Shown: one piece after another, positions 63,915 to 64,000 of the stretch
Layout of the letters: the number at the start of each line of letters is the position of its first letter
Position numbering within the stretch: the stretch's first letter is position 1
Assembly: GCF_006345805.1 (NCBI RefSeq)
Contig: NC_043012.1
Span: 29,078,001-29,142,000 of the forward strand
Reading direction: 5' to 3'
DNA length: 64,000 nucleotides
DNA from: Octopus sinensis
Lineage: Eukaryota
Translations under genes and position numbers: made by a program
Notes under the pieces: generated by a model
Told to the model about the DNA's origin: nothing
What the model saw: the letters and a program-made list of their open reading frames with translations, nothing else
The model's database searches: none

Positions 63915-64000
63915 AGGAGCTTTCTTTGATTTCATATCCGTTATCGGCTCATCAACCCGAATGGAAGTAGAACTCCGTAGTCAAATGAGTTAACCTTTCC

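Overview
AT-rich, microsatellite-dense animal genomic DNA. The repeat families (RTE, Penelope-like, R4/Dong, Helitron, CORE-type tRNA SINEs) resemble those of octopus/cephalopod genomes; this is inference, not a database match. One host gene is reconstructable: USE1 (ER SNARE), + strand, six GT-AG coding exons spanning 35375-58664, 244 aa. A tRNA-Pro(UGG) gene lies head-to-head about 350 bp upstream of its start codon. The first ~35 kb is almost all transposon sequence: a near-full-length RTE LINE whose 5' end is an HDV-like ribozyme fold, and a 9.5-kb nest (Penelope-like element > R4/Dong element > Helitron) bracketed by inverted hammerhead-bearing repeats. Many (TA)n-flanked fold-back Penelope ends also carry minimal hammerhead ribozymes, including a U3-A8 covariant core. 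Two RTE families have unusual add-ons: a PHD finger inside the RT domain, and three C-terminal C2H2 fingers. A possible orphan transmembrane exon lies at 10006-10161 (-). All alignments and folds were done by eye, and TE boundaries are approximate unless a junction is quoted.
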